Assembly: GCF_009914755.1 (NCBI RefSeq) | Contig: NC_060938.1 | Strand: one strand, 5' to 3' | Length of the DNA: 64,000 bases | Source of the DNA: the human T2T-CHM13v2.0 reference genome, Homo sapiens | Shown here: positions 28,119 through 43,067 of the stretch, in pieces | Numbering within the stretch: position 1 is the first letter of the stretch | Layout: each line of letters opens with the position of its first letter | Notes under the pieces: generated by a model | Told to the model about the DNA's origin: nothing | The model's database searches: none | The model's input: only the letters and a program-made list of their open reading frames with translations | Made by a program: the position numbers and the translations under genes

Positions 28119-28606
28119 TTACAGTTTCTTTTTTCTTTTTCATATATATCATATATCTATCTATATATATGATACAATACAACTCAGCCATGAAAAGGAA
28201 TGAATTAGTGACATTCACAGCCACCTGGATGAGATTGTAGACTATTATTCTAAGTGAAGTAACTCAGGAGTGAAAAAACAAACATTATATATTCTCACTC
28301 ATAACTGGGAGCTAAGGTGTGGGGATGCAAAGGCATAAGAATGACACAATGGACTCTGGGGAGTCAGGGGAAACGGACGGAGAGGAGGTGAGGGGTGAAA
28401 GACTACTAATAGGGTGTAGTGTGTACTGCTTGGGTGATGGGTGCATCAAAATCTCACAAATCACCACTAAATAACTTACTCATGTAACCAACCACATGTT
28501 CCCCAATAACTTATGGAAATAAATTTTAAAAAACCTAATTGACAAAATGTCCTGTGATGATAAAGTTTTGAATATAAGAACATCGATTAGAGTAATTTGT
28601 ATCAAC

Positions 28607-29097
28607 TGTCAAGAACTGGAAAGGGTCTGAGATTTTAACATATCTGTAAGCTACCAAGTTAGTCTGCCACAGTTTCACAAAAGCTGAAAGAAGACACAAG
28701 ACTTCTGGGTAAGAGAAGACCATTTTATTACTCACAGCAGTAATGCTAGCCAGAATGGCATCATGCTGGTTCTTCTAGCTCCTATTGCCACAAGGTGATA
28801 GAAAGGATCAGGTGACACCTTAACATGCAGTGAGTTTTATTATAGGAGGGGAACTGTTGAGTATAGACAACTAAAAAAAAAATAATTATAATGGGCATTC
28901 AGCATTCCATTCAGCATACCCATTGCTGCAGAGTTCCATGTAGAGCTTTATCTCTGTCTTTCAGGTCTATAAATATACCTGGCCTTTCAAATTTTTTTCA
29001 GAGGATGGCACTGTCTCCTTCAAGAGTATTTGCAATGCAAACACCTTTTCTTACAAAGTTGTACAAAAATGCAAGAGACTCATGAGGATTGCACTTG
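28607..29097 (-). mobile_element. MER70/MER76-like ERVL-class 3' LTR
   Basis: tgtcaagaactggaaagggtctgagatttt...aagttagtctgccacagtttc...tttattactcacagc; AATAAA on the minus strand; inner boundary approximate. Confidence 0.8.
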
Positions 29098-29199
29098 TAC
29101 TAAAATGCTTCTTATTGCATTTTCCCAAGAGTGTACAAAGTCATCTTCATTGTGATAAATGTGACCAACAAAGGATGGGAGGAAATCTCTTCAATTTGG

Positions 29200-30300
29200 C
29201 CAAGGCCAATCTTGCATTATTGACATCAACAATGCTTTCAAGAGAACAGAACCCACCAGCTGAAAAGAAAATTAAAAACATCAGAGTCTACCTTAGAAAG
29301 CCATGCAGGTTTCTCCATAAATTGTTATTTTGACCTTACCTCTTGGTCCAAAGCATTAATCCAGGTACAGCTAAATTTTCTAGTGATTGTGCAGACTCTG
29401 TCTTGTCCACAAGGAGAAAGTCTAGGGCAGTTTGGTGTCTGTAATAACCTTGGTCAATAAGTTGAAGTGTACCTGAATGTCTTTCAGGGCAGAGGTGATG
29501 TTATTAATGACTTTATCTGAAGTCAAGAACAATTTTTTTACCACTTTCTTATTGGATGACTCCCTTCATAGGGATAACTGTCTATAGGTTGTATATTAAT
29601 AAGTTACTTTTCCTTCCTGAAAGCTCAGCTAAGTAAGGGTAGCCTTGATTTGAAGAGATCACCATAGTCACCTTATAATCTATTGGTGGTGTTTCCTTAA
29701 ACACTCATGGTTCTCTTATAATCACCCCTGGAGTACAAGTCATATAGTTGAGAGAGAATCAGGCTAATGCATAATTTCCACAAAATAAGTACAGTAAAGT
29801 TTGCAAATTGTGCAAAGATAGTATTTTTTATTATTGTTGGGGCGTCCCAAGTAGGACTTGCATCAATCTGTGGTACAGATTGAAAGTGTCCTTCATGCAC
29901 TGGGGAATTCTTCTACATGCTAAAATTTCCATAGACTCTTGAAAAAGAAAACAAAACAGCATTATCCCTATTGTCTCCATCTATTCCAGGTGTTTGGGTT
30001 ATTGCTTTTCCTTCACTACTACAAATCAGAACTTCCTATTCTGATAGCTATGATTTCACCATTTTTCCAATAATTCTCTTATTGCATAGAAATATTTTAT
30101 TCAGAACAGTCACATGTTTTAGTGAGAGGGACATTTTTATAAAATGTACATTAAAGCATTATGTCCCAAACCTTGGTCTATGTAAGCATATGTGCCACTG
30201 TAGGGTAGCTTACTAAGCAGTATAATCTACCAAGAGGCCACTATTCTTAAATTATTTCAATAGGGGGCCAAGGTAGCTAAAAAAAGAATTATGTTTAAAT
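29200..30300 (-). pseudogene. Degenerate retroviral env (gamma-type TM ectodomain recognisable)
   Basis: Manual minus-strand translation: VINNITSALKDIQVHFNLLTKVITD / ALDFLL (29411-29428) / VCTITRKFSCTWIN (29355-29396) / AWLSKVDSDVFNFLFSWW; frameshifted; SU extent uncertain. Confidence 0.75.
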
Positions 30301-30399
30301 CCAGCATACTTTTTGACACACTGTCATGCAGAATGTATACCAATCAATTGACCCTGAGTTGCTGATAGGAGGAAAAAAAAAAAACATTACCATGTCAAG

Positions 30400-31940
30400 A
30401 TAGAGTAGAGTCCCAAATTTTCAACATAGGTCTGTATAACACTATATCCCTTTCATCCTGATTATTATCTAAGAATCGTTTAAGAAGAGGTGATATCTTT
30501 CTTGAGGCAATGGCATTCAGTGACCAAATTGCCTTACTAGTCTGTGCAGATCAGGAGTAGGTGAAGGAGGTAAAGCAAGAAATCTTTCTAAGTCCATTTT
30601 GAAGGAGGCCATTCTAATAATCAACGATACCAGAAGCCTGTGGATGATAAAAGCATGCAAGAGCTATCAAACACCTTGACATTCAGCCTAATGCTAGGTG
30701 GTATTTGTTATTAAACTCACGCTATTATCAAAGTGAAGATGGTATGGGAAACTGAAAACGGCAAGTTAGTTTCAAGAGGCGTAAGTATGTAGCCAGAATC
30801 AATGGATTCTATTGTAATAGCAACATAATAACCTGAACAAATATCAACAGCCATTAAGACACCATTGATAACCCCAATGCTGGTTTAAAGATCAAATGTA
30901 GTCAATGTCAGAAGACTGTAGGGTCCTTGCCTGGTATGATATGTCCTCCTTAAGCATAAAACAAAAAAGTCAAATTTCACATGAGTCATAAATACTGTAC
31001 ACAGTGATAGTCTCTGTATCAAAAAATGTAGAGTTTGTTAATTCTGTGTCCAGTCTATGATGGATTCATTGTCAAATATTGCATAAAGGTGACTCCAGGG
31101 AGAAATATTTGTAATCTTGGGTGTACAAGCTCAACCAGTAACTTGATTCCAAATAGTCTGATAAGAGAATAGGTCTGTACCAGGCATCTACATGGTTGAC
31201 CCAAATGATCAGATCAACAACTGTGATTTGTGTTCAGTGTAAGGTTCCAAACGATAGTTCCTTTGATATTCTTATCTGTAGTTTTTCAACTGTCAGACTA
31301 GACCATAGTTAAAAACCCAAGAATCAGTAAAATGCTAACAAGTTTCATCACAAGGTATTAGCCAGAACAATGATAATCACTTGGGTTCCGCCTAATGAAT
31401 GAAGCATCCACATACATTTTTAATTTGGAAAAACTGGCACTAAGTTTAGACAGTCATAGCTGTACCATGGACACCATCTGGTTTAAGCTTGGTTGAATAC
31501 ATTATTACTACAGTAAGACCGGAAATTTATGGGACTCTCTGTGACATGAAGATACCAGTGAAAGACCAGCTTTGCTTCAGATGACAAAGTGGGGGAAAAA
31601 AATCCCCCAAAGGGTTGGTGTTAACTTTGTTTATTTAATCATGTATAGCCAAGATACCACTGGAACCAAGCTGACTGATCCGTATATGCCATTCCTGTTC
31701 TACAACCATAACTTATTAGCTTCTACCCACCTTATTGGTCATTGGTATAAACTGTGTGAATTAATTCACCCCAAAGTGGAAATATCAGTCCAGAAAGTTA
31801 GCCTCTGTAAATCAGGCATTTAGCTTCAATAGGAGCCCAGTAGCAAGCTAAGAGCTAATTGAAAAAAAAACAAAAACAAACAAACAAACAAAAACCAGTA
31901 TACCCAGTAGCTTTGTCAGAAAGGGGGGAAGTTTGCATGG
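30400..31940 (-). pseudogene. Degenerate ERV-L-type pol (RT connection, RNase H, integrase)
   Basis: Minus strand: FTDSW (~31317-31331), HVDA (31183-31194), IDYI (30895-30906), AVDICSGY, YHPQASG (30629-30649), NGLL. Confidence 0.82.
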
Positions 31941-31944
31941 TCAG

Positions 31945-32366
31945 AGTTATTTTTATAAAAATAACAATATATTTTTTACCTTTCTCATTCTCGTTCATTC
32001 ACCAAATACGCAGTAAAAATTTTCAGAGCCTACCATGGTGTAATATTGCAATAGGCTGAATAAGAAGTAGATATAAAAATCCAGATGTTTTCTAATAAGC
32101 CAATACAAAATAGTACAACTGTTCTCATTATTTTCTTGTTTGTTTTGGAAAATATAATTATTTTTAAATCATATGTTAAGTTAAAATTGTTTTTCTAATA
32201 TTTTTGAATAGATTAAACATTAAACACATAAACATTTCATATGGTATATGAAAATGTGTCAGTCTTAAATTCTAAAATAGTTAATACAAATAATAAAATG
32301 GTTTGAGTTCCTAAATTATTTTAAGAGTGTGAAGGACCCCAAGACTAAAGTGTTTGAGAACCACTG
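31945..32366. mobile_element. hAT-Charlie (Charlie1-type) terminal fragment
   Basis: 'gatataaaaatccagatgttttctaataagcca...ttttaagagtgtgaaggacccc...gtttgagaaccactg' terminus. Confidence 0.7.
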
Positions 32367-34350
32367 CCACAAGGTATAAAAGCAGATTTCCAAAGCAGAC
32401 AGAACGTTATTCTCTCCATTATCTCTCTTGTTAATATCTCTGAGTAGATAGCCATGCCAATTTTATAATCTCCAGAATTGCAGACTAGCTTGGGACAGAG
32501 TAAAGGAAAAGAGTGATTTGATTTCAGGGCCATAACTTCCTAAATTTCCAAAAGGAAAGTGCTGTAGTGGGAAGTGTCTTCTCAAGTTCTAGCCAGGAAA
32601 GAACTATAGATAGCTGTAGATTATCAAGTAATATATACCACTACAAATATTAAATGGCCATGTTTTAGGAATAAGAGAGCCTTTCAAATTGCACTATCAA
32701 AAAATGATTGAGAAACACTAGAAATTCACTATCGGAAATGGGCAGCTATGAGTATGCAAGGTCAGTCACTGAGAAGAAATTCTCACAGAAACTCTCCACC
32801 TGTCATAGAAAAATTAGAAAGAAGTATAGGGAGAAGAATCTAGTCTAGGGCTTGTAAAATTTTTCCACTGCATTTATTCTGTAGCACTCGAAAATAAGGA
32901 GAAAGAACATAACACTGATTCTACTGAAGACTGTTTACCCTAGAAAACAATAAAATGTAAAACAACATCATTTTTATATTCTCATAAAATACTAGAAAAC
33001 ACAGACTAAATGAATTATGAAAGTAATGGTGACATTACATAACAAGAAAAGATCATTTTTAAAAATCTGGCTGAAAGAACAAACTACGACAGACAGATGA
33101 GAAAAGGAGAGAGTAAGAGAAAAATAATATAAACTATAAAAATTAAAATTCAGGTTAATATTAAATATTGTAATATGCAGACTCATCAAGGAAATAAGTA
33201 AAAAGTATATGGAAGGAAATTTGAAAAAGCATTCTTACCAGGAGAAGGAAAAAGTCAGGCAAAAGAATGAAGAAAGGTGATAAAATACAATCAGCACAAC
33301 TGAATAAAATGAAAATTTGTGAAAATGTTATGGCACTGTCAATATGCTCAACAAATGTCCATTAAAAAAATAAACTGACATCTACATGTCCTGGGGGAAA
33401 TGTCTGAATTATAAGTTAAGAATCCTATAACTACATATCAGAAAGAAAACAAAAAGCAAGATAGTTACAGGAAAAATAAAATTCATGTTCATTATACATT
33501 TTATCTCTACCACATATATCTGAAAATAGTAGAGCAATTTCTATAATATCTTGAGTAAAGGAGGCTACAAAATATTATGAATATGCTATAATTCAGAAAG
33601 AACCAATTTATCTTTTTAAAAAATTATATTTCAGCTGACTAAATTAAATAAGGAATTGAAGTACAATTGTGGTTAAGAGAGCAGGATTTAAAATGTACTA
33701 AATATGAAAACCTTTAAATTCAATTATTTCCATTTAATAAATGTAGTTATTAAAATAAATACATGCACCCAAGAAGCATAATTACGTCAGAAAGCATAAT
33801 ATTTAATGCCAATAAAATATATTATTCCATTCACTATACTAACTTGTAAAAAACAATTTTAACATAAATTGAATCCATAAATTCTATATTCCATGCTAAT
33901 TTGAGGCGTCTTAAGAGTTGAACATTAACAGGAGGGAAGGCTAAATAGCATAGCAGATTTCTAAGAGTAAATATGCCTTTCTGTTTAAGAATTACTAAAT
34001 CTTTTCCCATTTAAGACCAAAAGAGAATTTAACTTTTTATTTGTATATTCTTGTATGTTCACATATAAATATTGGATGGTGTGTTTACTTGTAAATTTAA
34101 CTTTATAATTTTTTATGCAGATAAATATGAATATTATACTTGATGTCAAAAACTTATAAAATACAGAAGCTAGAAGTCTACTTCAGATTTTACTAGTTTT
34201 CAATTTGAAAAATAATTTGCCAAGTAGTATCAATATAAATTATAATAGTATATTTTTAATAAATAAATCTGCTCAAAATATTTATGCATCTTAGTAAAAA
34301 GGGTCATAAACTGATGATATGGAGGGGAAATGATTGATTTCAGCCTTTGA

Positions 34351-34673
<323 letters not shown>

Positions 34674-35449
34674 AGATGCACATCTTGAATAAGTATATTG
34701 GACTTGTTGGACTTGGTTTTCTGTTTTTTTTACATAGATGGTTTATTAGTTCATTTCTAAAGCCAGTTTCAGTATTAATACTCAATAATGTAACACTTTC
34801 CATCAGCTTCCAGTGCAATGGGTTTTTGTACTCTTTGTTATTATTTAACAATACCACAGCTTGTGATCAACTTGCTTTTGTTCAATAGGGTGGCATTGTT
34901 TGTGAGAAAACAAAAATTTTAAATTCCAGATATAATCTGGACAATGTACCAAGTGTACTGAGTATTTTTTTATTCTACCAATGGATAAATGAGTGAATAG
35001 AAAATTGTATAAATTGCTTCTAATAAAATATTAGAAAAGTATAGCCTTAGAACTAGAACTCAGCTATAAAATACCTTTGACAATGTTGTCTATTTTGGGG
35101 ATAAATAAAAAGGATGAGAAAATAAATATTGAAATGTGCAAAAATGATCTTCATTAAAAAACACTGAAAATAAAACAGAAGGTCTTTTGATACTTGTATG
35201 ACCTCCAAATTCTTAGATAAGATGTGATTTGTGTTGCATACTATTGTTATGCACAATTAATATTTTACAAACTTGGAACAAGTTATTATATTTAGTATTG
35301 CCTAATGGGAATTTTAAAGCAGCATACTTTGAAATACTTCAAATGCTATTTTGCTGTTTTATCTACAAATTTCTAGGAGACTTCAATTCCCTTTTCTCAG
35401 TAAAAAGAATTCATTGTGATCTCATTCTATTTCTTTCTTTTTATAATTC

Positions 35450-36035
35450 CCCTTTATGATTAACCTAAAATGTACATAGACTAAAACTAAATTTTGTTGT
35501 ACAATTTTCTGAGTTTCGACAAAACCTATGTAGCATTGTAGCCATAATCAAGGCAAACATTAATGTATAACCACAAAAATTTTCTTTATGCTCCTTGATA
35601 GCCATTTTCTTTTCTCCCTGAGACTCTGGCAACCACTTATCTGTTTTCTGTTATAATAACCTTGACTTCTTAAAATGTCATATAAATGGAATAGTTCCCT
35701 TTGCAGAATTCTGAGTTGGGTTTCTTTTATTTAGCAAAATGCCACTGAGGCTCAAGCATATTGCTACATAATTTGTTCTTTTTTATTTCTAAGTATTATT
35801 CCATTGTGTGTATACACAAAAGTTGGAAAAAAAGCAGCATTTCCTTCTTGGTTTTTACTGTTTTGGTGATCATAAATAAAGATTTGCATATAGGTTTTTA
35901 TGTGAAAATAAGTTTTCATTTCTCTTAGTAAGTACTTAGGACTTCTAAGAAAATTGCTGGGTCACGTGGTAAGTATACAGCTTTAAAAGAAGGTTACATA
36001 TTGTTTTCCAAAGTGGCTGCCCATCAGCAATGTAT
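35450..36035 (-). mobile_element. Old L1 (L1MC/MD-type) 3' region, left half
   Basis: 'ctggcaaccacttatctgttttctg...tgtcatataaatggaat...attgctgggtcacgtggtaag...ttttccaaagtggctg...ccatcagcaatgtataaga'. Confidence 0.8.
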
Positions 36036-36048
36036 AAGAATTAGAACT

Positions 36049-39000
36049 AAGATGTGGATAAGGTGGCCAACTAGATGCAGCCAGTTGGAACAGCTGCCAC
36101 CGAGGGACTGGGACAACTAGTGGACTCCTAACAGAACTTCAGAGGGAATGCACTGAGAATGAACAGAGAGAAAACATAGGAGCTAGCTGAAGGGGAAGGA
36201 AGCTGGGAACTCTGCACCTGGCTACCAAGCACAGCACCAGAACTCCTTGCTGGCCCCTAAAAACTCCAGAGGTGAAGTTGAGTTGAACTGTTAAGGAGTA
36301 ACCTGCTTTTGCCAAAAGCCTCTGGAATCCCAGCAGGGGGAGACCACTTGACCACCATGGGTGCTCGAGTTTGCAGGGAGAGCTGCTTAGAGAAGTGGTA
36401 GGGGAAGCATGCTAGCCAATGTGGAGCCCAAAGAGTTTGGTGCAGGAGCACCTGTAGCAGAGGGAGCATGGCTAGGGATGGCCATCTTCCTAGGCTCAAC
36501 TTGCTCCCATAGGAGACTTCAGCCCTAGGGGAAGTGTCAGACCTAAACTCTGCAGGGCAGTCTTGCCCATCAGATAGGGACAGTCTGGCCTGAACAACTC
36601 TTGGTCTGCTGGCCTCTTTGGGACCCCAGCCTGGCCATGCCTGCTTGCAGTGCAGACTCAGTTCCCTGGGGACCCACATGACAGCTCCTGTGCTGGTAGA
36701 CCATGCCTGATCCACAGAGGCCTCCAGCAGGTCAGCCCCATGGATACAGATCAGCCCACTCCCACTCACCCTCCACTACAGCTTTCCCTGGGCCCAAAGC
36801 CGCTCCCCCCATTGCTTTGCCAGCACATGAGTGCCTGGAAGGATTTTGCATTCCCTGCCCTGACAGCATGCATGTGCATGTGCACCCTGCCCTTCCACTG
36901 CTGCTGATGGGAATGCACTCTGCCTCCCCCGACGTACCACCATTGCAGTCGAAGTCCGGTGGGCACAGAGTCCCCTAGTGCCCTGTCCCTGCACTAATAC
37001 TGCCGCTGGAGTGAAACTAGGCAAGGAGAATAGTGGACCCTCCGCACCATGAGTGGCCACGCTACCCTACATGAACATGCACAGAGGGTGCATACAGACC
37101 CTTGCCTGTCAGTCCCCCACCCCAATGCTAACCCATTACCAGTGCAAACACACACACAGTCACCAGTGGGGGCCCCCAGACCGCCCACCAAAACACGCTG
37201 CCTCTGCAACTGTTGTGAGCACCAATACAGAGGTAGGCACCCCATTACTCGCTAGCACACTGCTGTATCCTGCCATGCTGCCACTGCCACTGGCACATGC
37301 AAACAAGGATGGATCTCACTGCCACCATCCTATGATATGCTTTGGCTGGCACCACCCATCAGAGTGTAGTGAGCATGTTGGCCACCCTAGTACAGTAGGT
37401 TCCTAAATTCGAGATGCCAGAGAACAAAGTCAGGGTCCAATACAAGTCCCCCAGAGTTAGAGCATCCAGTCCAGGAGTTGGGAGCTGAGCACTGACCCCC
37501 TAAAATCTTACAGAAACAAAGCCAGTTCGTTGAACCCACCTTATACCACGATGCAACCCTCAAGGTCATCAAATAGAATAAAAGGAAAAAAAAAACACTC
37601 ATCCAAAGGACAGCAACTTCAAAGACTGAAAGAACAGTAGCCCACAAACATGAGCAAGAACCAGGCAAGAACTCTGACAACTCAAAAAGCCAGAGAGTGA
37701 CTTCTCTTCTCCAAATGACACTACCTTTCAAGCAATGATTGTGAATCTGGCTGAAATGGCTAAAATGACAGAAATAGAATTTAGAATATGGATAGGAACA
37801 AATATCATTGATTTGCAGTATACTGAAAACCTATCCCAGGGAGCTAAGAATCACCATAAAATGATACAGGAGCTGACAGACAGAAGGGCCAATTTTGAAG
37901 AAAATGCAACCAACCCCATAGACCTGAGAAACATGCTTTGAGAATTTCATAATGCAGTCTCAAGTATTAATAGCAGAATAGACCAAGAGAAAGAAAGAAT
38001 CTCAGAGTTTTAAGACTGGCTTTCTGAAATAAGACATTCAGACAAGAATAGAGAAAAAACTATTAAAAGGAATGAACAAAACCTTTGCGAAATATAAGAT
38101 TATGTAAAGAGACAAAATCTACAACTCATTGGTGTTCCTAAAGACATGGAGAGAAGGGAAGCAATGCAGAAAACATATTTCAGGATATCATCTATGAAAA
38201 TGTCCCCAACCTAGCTAAAGAGGCCAACATTCAAATTCAGGCAATGCAGACAACCCCTGTAAGATACTTCACAAGAAGATCTTCCCTAAGACATACTCAT
38301 CAGATTCTCCAAGATTGAAGTGAAAGAAAATATATGAAAGGCAGCTAGAGAGAAAGGTCAGGTTGCCTACAAAGGAAAGCCCATCAGACTAACAGCAGAC
38401 CTCATAGCAGAAACTGTACAAGCCAGAAAAGGTTAGGGGACATTATTCAACATTTTTAAAGAAAAGAAATTTTAACCAAGAATTTTATATCTTGGCCAGA
38501 TGTGGTGCCTTACACCTATAATCTCAGTACTTTGGGAGGCCAACATGGGTGGATCACTTGAGGCCAGGGGTTCAAGACAAGCTTGGACAACATGGTGAGA
38601 CCTCATCTCTACTGAAATACAAAAATTAGCCGGGCGTGGTGGTACACACTTGTAATCCTGGCTACTTGAGAGGCTAAGGTGGGAGGATTGCTTAAACTCA
38701 GGAGGTGGAGGTTGCAGTGAGCCAGGATTGTGCTACAGAGCCAGCCTGGGCAACAGAGTGAGACTTCATCTCAAAAAATAATAATAATAAAGAAATAATT
38801 TTATATCTGGCCAAAATAAGCTTCATCAGCAAATGAGAAATAAGAGCCTTTTCAGACTAACAAATGCTGAGGGAATTTGTTACCACTACAATCTGTCTTA
38901 CAAGAGCGCCTGAAAAAAGCAATAAATATGAAAAGGAAAGACCATTACCAAACACTACAAAAACACACTGAAGTACACAGACAAGTGACACTATAAAGCA

Positions 39001-42000
39001 ACAACAAAATAAGTCTGCATAATAACTAGCTAACATCATGATGACAGGATCAAATTTACATATATCCATACCAACTGTAAATGTAAACTGGCTAAATGCC
39101 CCAATTAAAACACACAGCGTGTCATGCTGGACAAAGAATCAAGACCCATCAGTATGCTGTTTTCAAGACCCATCTCACATGGAAAGACACATATGGGTTC
39201 AAAATAAAGGGATGGAGAAAAATCTACCAAGCAAATGGGAACCAGAAATAATTAGGGGTTGCCACTATTCTAATTTTAGGCAGTGTAGACTTTAAGCCAG
39301 CAAACATCAACAAAGACCAAACAAAGGACATTACATAATTGTAAAGGGTTCAATTCAACTAGAAGACCTATCTTATACTATATGCACCTAACTTTGGAGC
39401 ACCAAGATTCATAAATCAAGTTCTTAGAGATGTTCAAAAGGACCCACAAAGTCTACCAACAATAATAGTGGAAGACTTCAAAATTCCACTGACAATACTA
39501 GACAGATGATTGAAGTGGAAAATTAATAAAGATATTCAGGATGTGAACCCAGCACTAGATCAAATAGACTTGATAGACATCTACACAACTCTCCACCCAA
39601 AACAACAGAATATATATTCTCCTCATTACCACATGGCACATACTCTAATATCAATCACATAATTGCACACAAAACAGTTGCCAATGCAAAATGGAAATGC
39701 AAAAGAAGTGAAATCATAACAACTACTCTCTTGGGCTATGGTACAATAAAATTAGAAATTGAGGTTTAGAAAATCACTCAGAACCATACAATTACATGGA
39801 AATTACCTGCTCCTGAATGACATTTGGGTAAATAATAAAATTAAAGCAGAAATCAAGAAGTTCTATGAAGCAAATGGGAAAAAAATACAACATACAAGAA
39901 TCTCTGGGACATAGCTAAGACAACATGAAGATGGAAAATTATAGCACTAAATGCTCAATTTAAAACTCAGAAATATCTCAAGTTAATGACCTAACATCCC
40001 AATTTAAAAAAATGGAGAACCAAGAACAAAAATATCCCAAAGCTAGCAGAAGACAAGAAATAACCAAAATCAGAGTTGAACTAAAGGAGATTAGAACACA
40101 CACACAAAACTGAAAAGGTCAACTAATCCAGGGGCTGGCTTTTTTGAAGAAAATAAAATAAATAGATCACTAGTAAAACTAATAAAAAGAAAATAGAGAA
40201 TAATCAAATAAACACAATCAGAAATTACCAGGGGGATATTACCACTGACTTCACAGATATACAAACAACCATCAGAGAATATTATGAACACCTCTATACA
40301 TACAAACTAGAAAATGTAGAAGAAATGGATAAATTCCTGGACACATACACCCTCCCAAGACTGAACCAGGGTGAAATGGAATCTCTGAACAGACCACTAA
40401 TGAGCTCTAAAATCGAGACAGTAATAAATAGCCTACTAAGCAAAAAAAGCCCAGGATCAGATAGATTCACAGCTGAATTCTACTAGATGTACAAAGAAGA
40501 GTTGGTACCATTCCTACTGAAACTATTCCAAAAAATTGAGGAGCAACTTCTCCTCTAACACATTATATGAGGCCAGCACCATTCTAATACCAAAACATGG
40601 CAGAGACACATCAAAAAAAAAACAAAAACAAAAACAAAAAACAAAAAACACTTCAGGCCAGTATCCTTGATGAACACTGATGCAAAAACCCTCTACAAAA
40701 TACTGGCAAACAGAATCCAGCAGCGCATTTGAAAGCTTATTTATTATGATTAAGTAGGCTTCAAATGCAAGGTTGGTTCAACATACACAAATCAATAAAT
40801 GTTATTCATCACATAAACAAAACTAAAGACTAAACCACATGATTATCTTAGTAAATGCAGAAAATGCTTTAAGTAAAATTTAACACTCCTTCATGATAAG
40901 TGCTCTCAATAAACTAAGTATTGAAGGAACATACTTCAAAATAGTAAGATCCATCTGTGAAAAACCAATAGCCAACATCATACTGATTGGTTAAAAGCTG
41001 AAAGCATTCCCCTTGAAAACTGCCACAAGATTAAGAATGCCCTCTTTTACCACTCCTATGTTAAATATAAGTGGTGTATTGGAAGTCCTGGCCTAAGCAG
41101 TCAGGCAAGAGAAAGAAATAAAGGGCATCCAAATAGGAAGAAAGGAAGTTAAATTATCACTATTTGCAGGTGATATGATTCCATATCTAGTAAACCCCAT
41201 AGTCATGGCACAAAAGTTTCTTAGCTGATAAAACATTTCAGTGAAGTCTCAGGATACAAAAATCAACGTACACTAACAACCAGCAAGCTGAGATCGAAAT
41301 CAGGAATGCAATCCCTTTCCCAATAACCACACAAAGAGTAAAATTCCTAGAAATACAGCTAACCAGGGAGGCAAAAGAAATACAAAGCACTGCTCAAAAT
41401 AAATCAAAGTTTACACAGACAAATGGAAAAACATTCCATGCTCATAGATAGGAAGAATTAATATCGTTAAAATAGCTCTACTGCCCCAAGCAATTTATAG
41501 ATTCAATGCTATACCTATGAAACTAGCAATGACATTCTTCACAGAAGTAGAAAAAAATTAAAATTCATATGGAACCAAAAAAGAGCCTGAATAGCCAAGG
41601 AAATCCTAGGCAAAAGGAACAAAGCTGGAGGAATCATGCTACCTGACTTCAAACAATACTACAGGGCTATAGTAACCAAAACAGCATGGTACTGGTACAA
41701 AAACAGACACATAGACAAATGGAATAGAATAGAGAGCCCATAAATAATGCCACACACTTACATTCATATGATCTTCAACAAAGCTGACAAAAACAAGCAA
41801 TGGGGAAAAGAATCCTTGTTCAATAAATGATACTGAGATAACTGGCTAGCCATATGTAGAAGACTGAAACTGGATCCCTCCCTTACACCATATACAAAAA
41901 TCAACTCAAGATAAATTAAGGACCTAAATGTAAAATACAAAAGAATCCTGGAAGACAATCTAGACAATACCACTCTGGACACAGGAATGGACAAAGATTT

Positions 42001-43055
42001 CATAGCAAAGTCACCAAAAGCAATTGCAACTAAAGCAAAAATTAACAAATGGGATCTAAGTAAACTTGTGAGCGTCTACACAGCAAAATAAACTATCAAC
42101 AGAGTAAACAGACAACCTACAGAATGGGAGAAAATGCTTGAAAACTATGCATTTGACAAAGGTCTAATATCCAGCATCTATAATTTAAACAAATTTACAA
42201 GAAAAAAATAACCCCATTAAAAAGTAGACAAGGAACATGAACACTTTTCAAAAAAAAGACATGTAAGTGCCCAAGAAGCATACGAATAAAAGCTCAACAT
42301 CACTGATTATTGGAGAAATACAAATCAAAACCAGAATGAAATATCCTCTCACACATATCAGAATGCCTTTTATTAAAAAGGAAAAAAAATTACATGTGCT
42401 GGTGAGGTTGTGGAGTAAAAGGAACACTTACACTCTGTTGGTGGGAGTGTAAATTAGTTCAACGATTGTGGAAAGTAGTGTGGCAATTCCATAGAGATGT
42501 AAAAACAGAACTACCTTTTGATCCAGCAATCTCATTACTGGGTATATACCCAAAGGAGTAGAAATCATTCCAGCATAAAGACACATGCACTTATATGTTC
42601 ATTGCAGCACCGTTCACAATAGCAAAGACATGGAATCAACCTAAATGCTCATAAATAGTAGACTGGATAAAGAAAATGTGGTACATATACACCATGGAAT
42701 ACTGTAGCCATAAAAAAGAATCAGATTGTATCCTTGCAGAAACATGGATGAAGCTGGAGGCTGTTACCCTGAGCCAAACTAATACAGGAAAAATAAACCA
42801 AATACCACATGTTCTCACTTACAAGCAGGAGCTAAATGATAAGAACACATGGACACATAGATGGGAACAACAGACACTGGGGCCTACCAGAGAATGCAGG
42901 TTCAGAGAAAGGGGAAGATCAGGAAAAATTACTGATGTTTATAAGGCTTAATACCTCAGTGATGGAATAATCTGTACCACAAATCCCCGTGACACAAGTT
43001 TACCTATAGAAACAAATTTGCACATGAACCTCAAACTAAAAATAAAATTAAAAAA
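36049..43055 (+). mobile_element. Full-length dead L1PA13-16/L1PREC2-type element
   Basis: 5' 'ggccaactagatgcagccag'; ORF1 ATGAGCAAGAACCAG at ~37650; ORF2 MMTGSNLHISI at 39038; 3'UTR 'aggcttaatacct...aataatctgtac'; TSD aagaattagaact (36036-36048) / aagaattgaact (43056-43067). Confidence 0.94.
38494..38796 (+). mobile_element. Old Alu (AluJ-like) nested in L1 ORF1
   Basis: 'gggaggattgctt' and 'ggatcacttgaggccag'; (AAT)n tail; TSD aattttatatct (38481-38492, 38797-38808). Confidence 0.93.
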
Positions 43056-43067
43056 AAGAATTGAACT

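Noticed and set aside
32900-33650. HAL1/old L1 ORF1-like A-rich stretch
   Set aside because: Composition is suggestive but I found no motif I can firmly match.
36257-37406. Cluster of overlapping ORFs on both strands (up to 170 aa)
   Set aside because: GC-rich, internally repetitive L1PA 5'UTR; chance ORFs; CpG-depleted, so not a CpG island.
41049-41080. Possible inverted micro-insertion in L1PA ORF2 (accactcctat...ataagtggt)
   Set aside because: Short and imperfect; could be ordinary indel noise.
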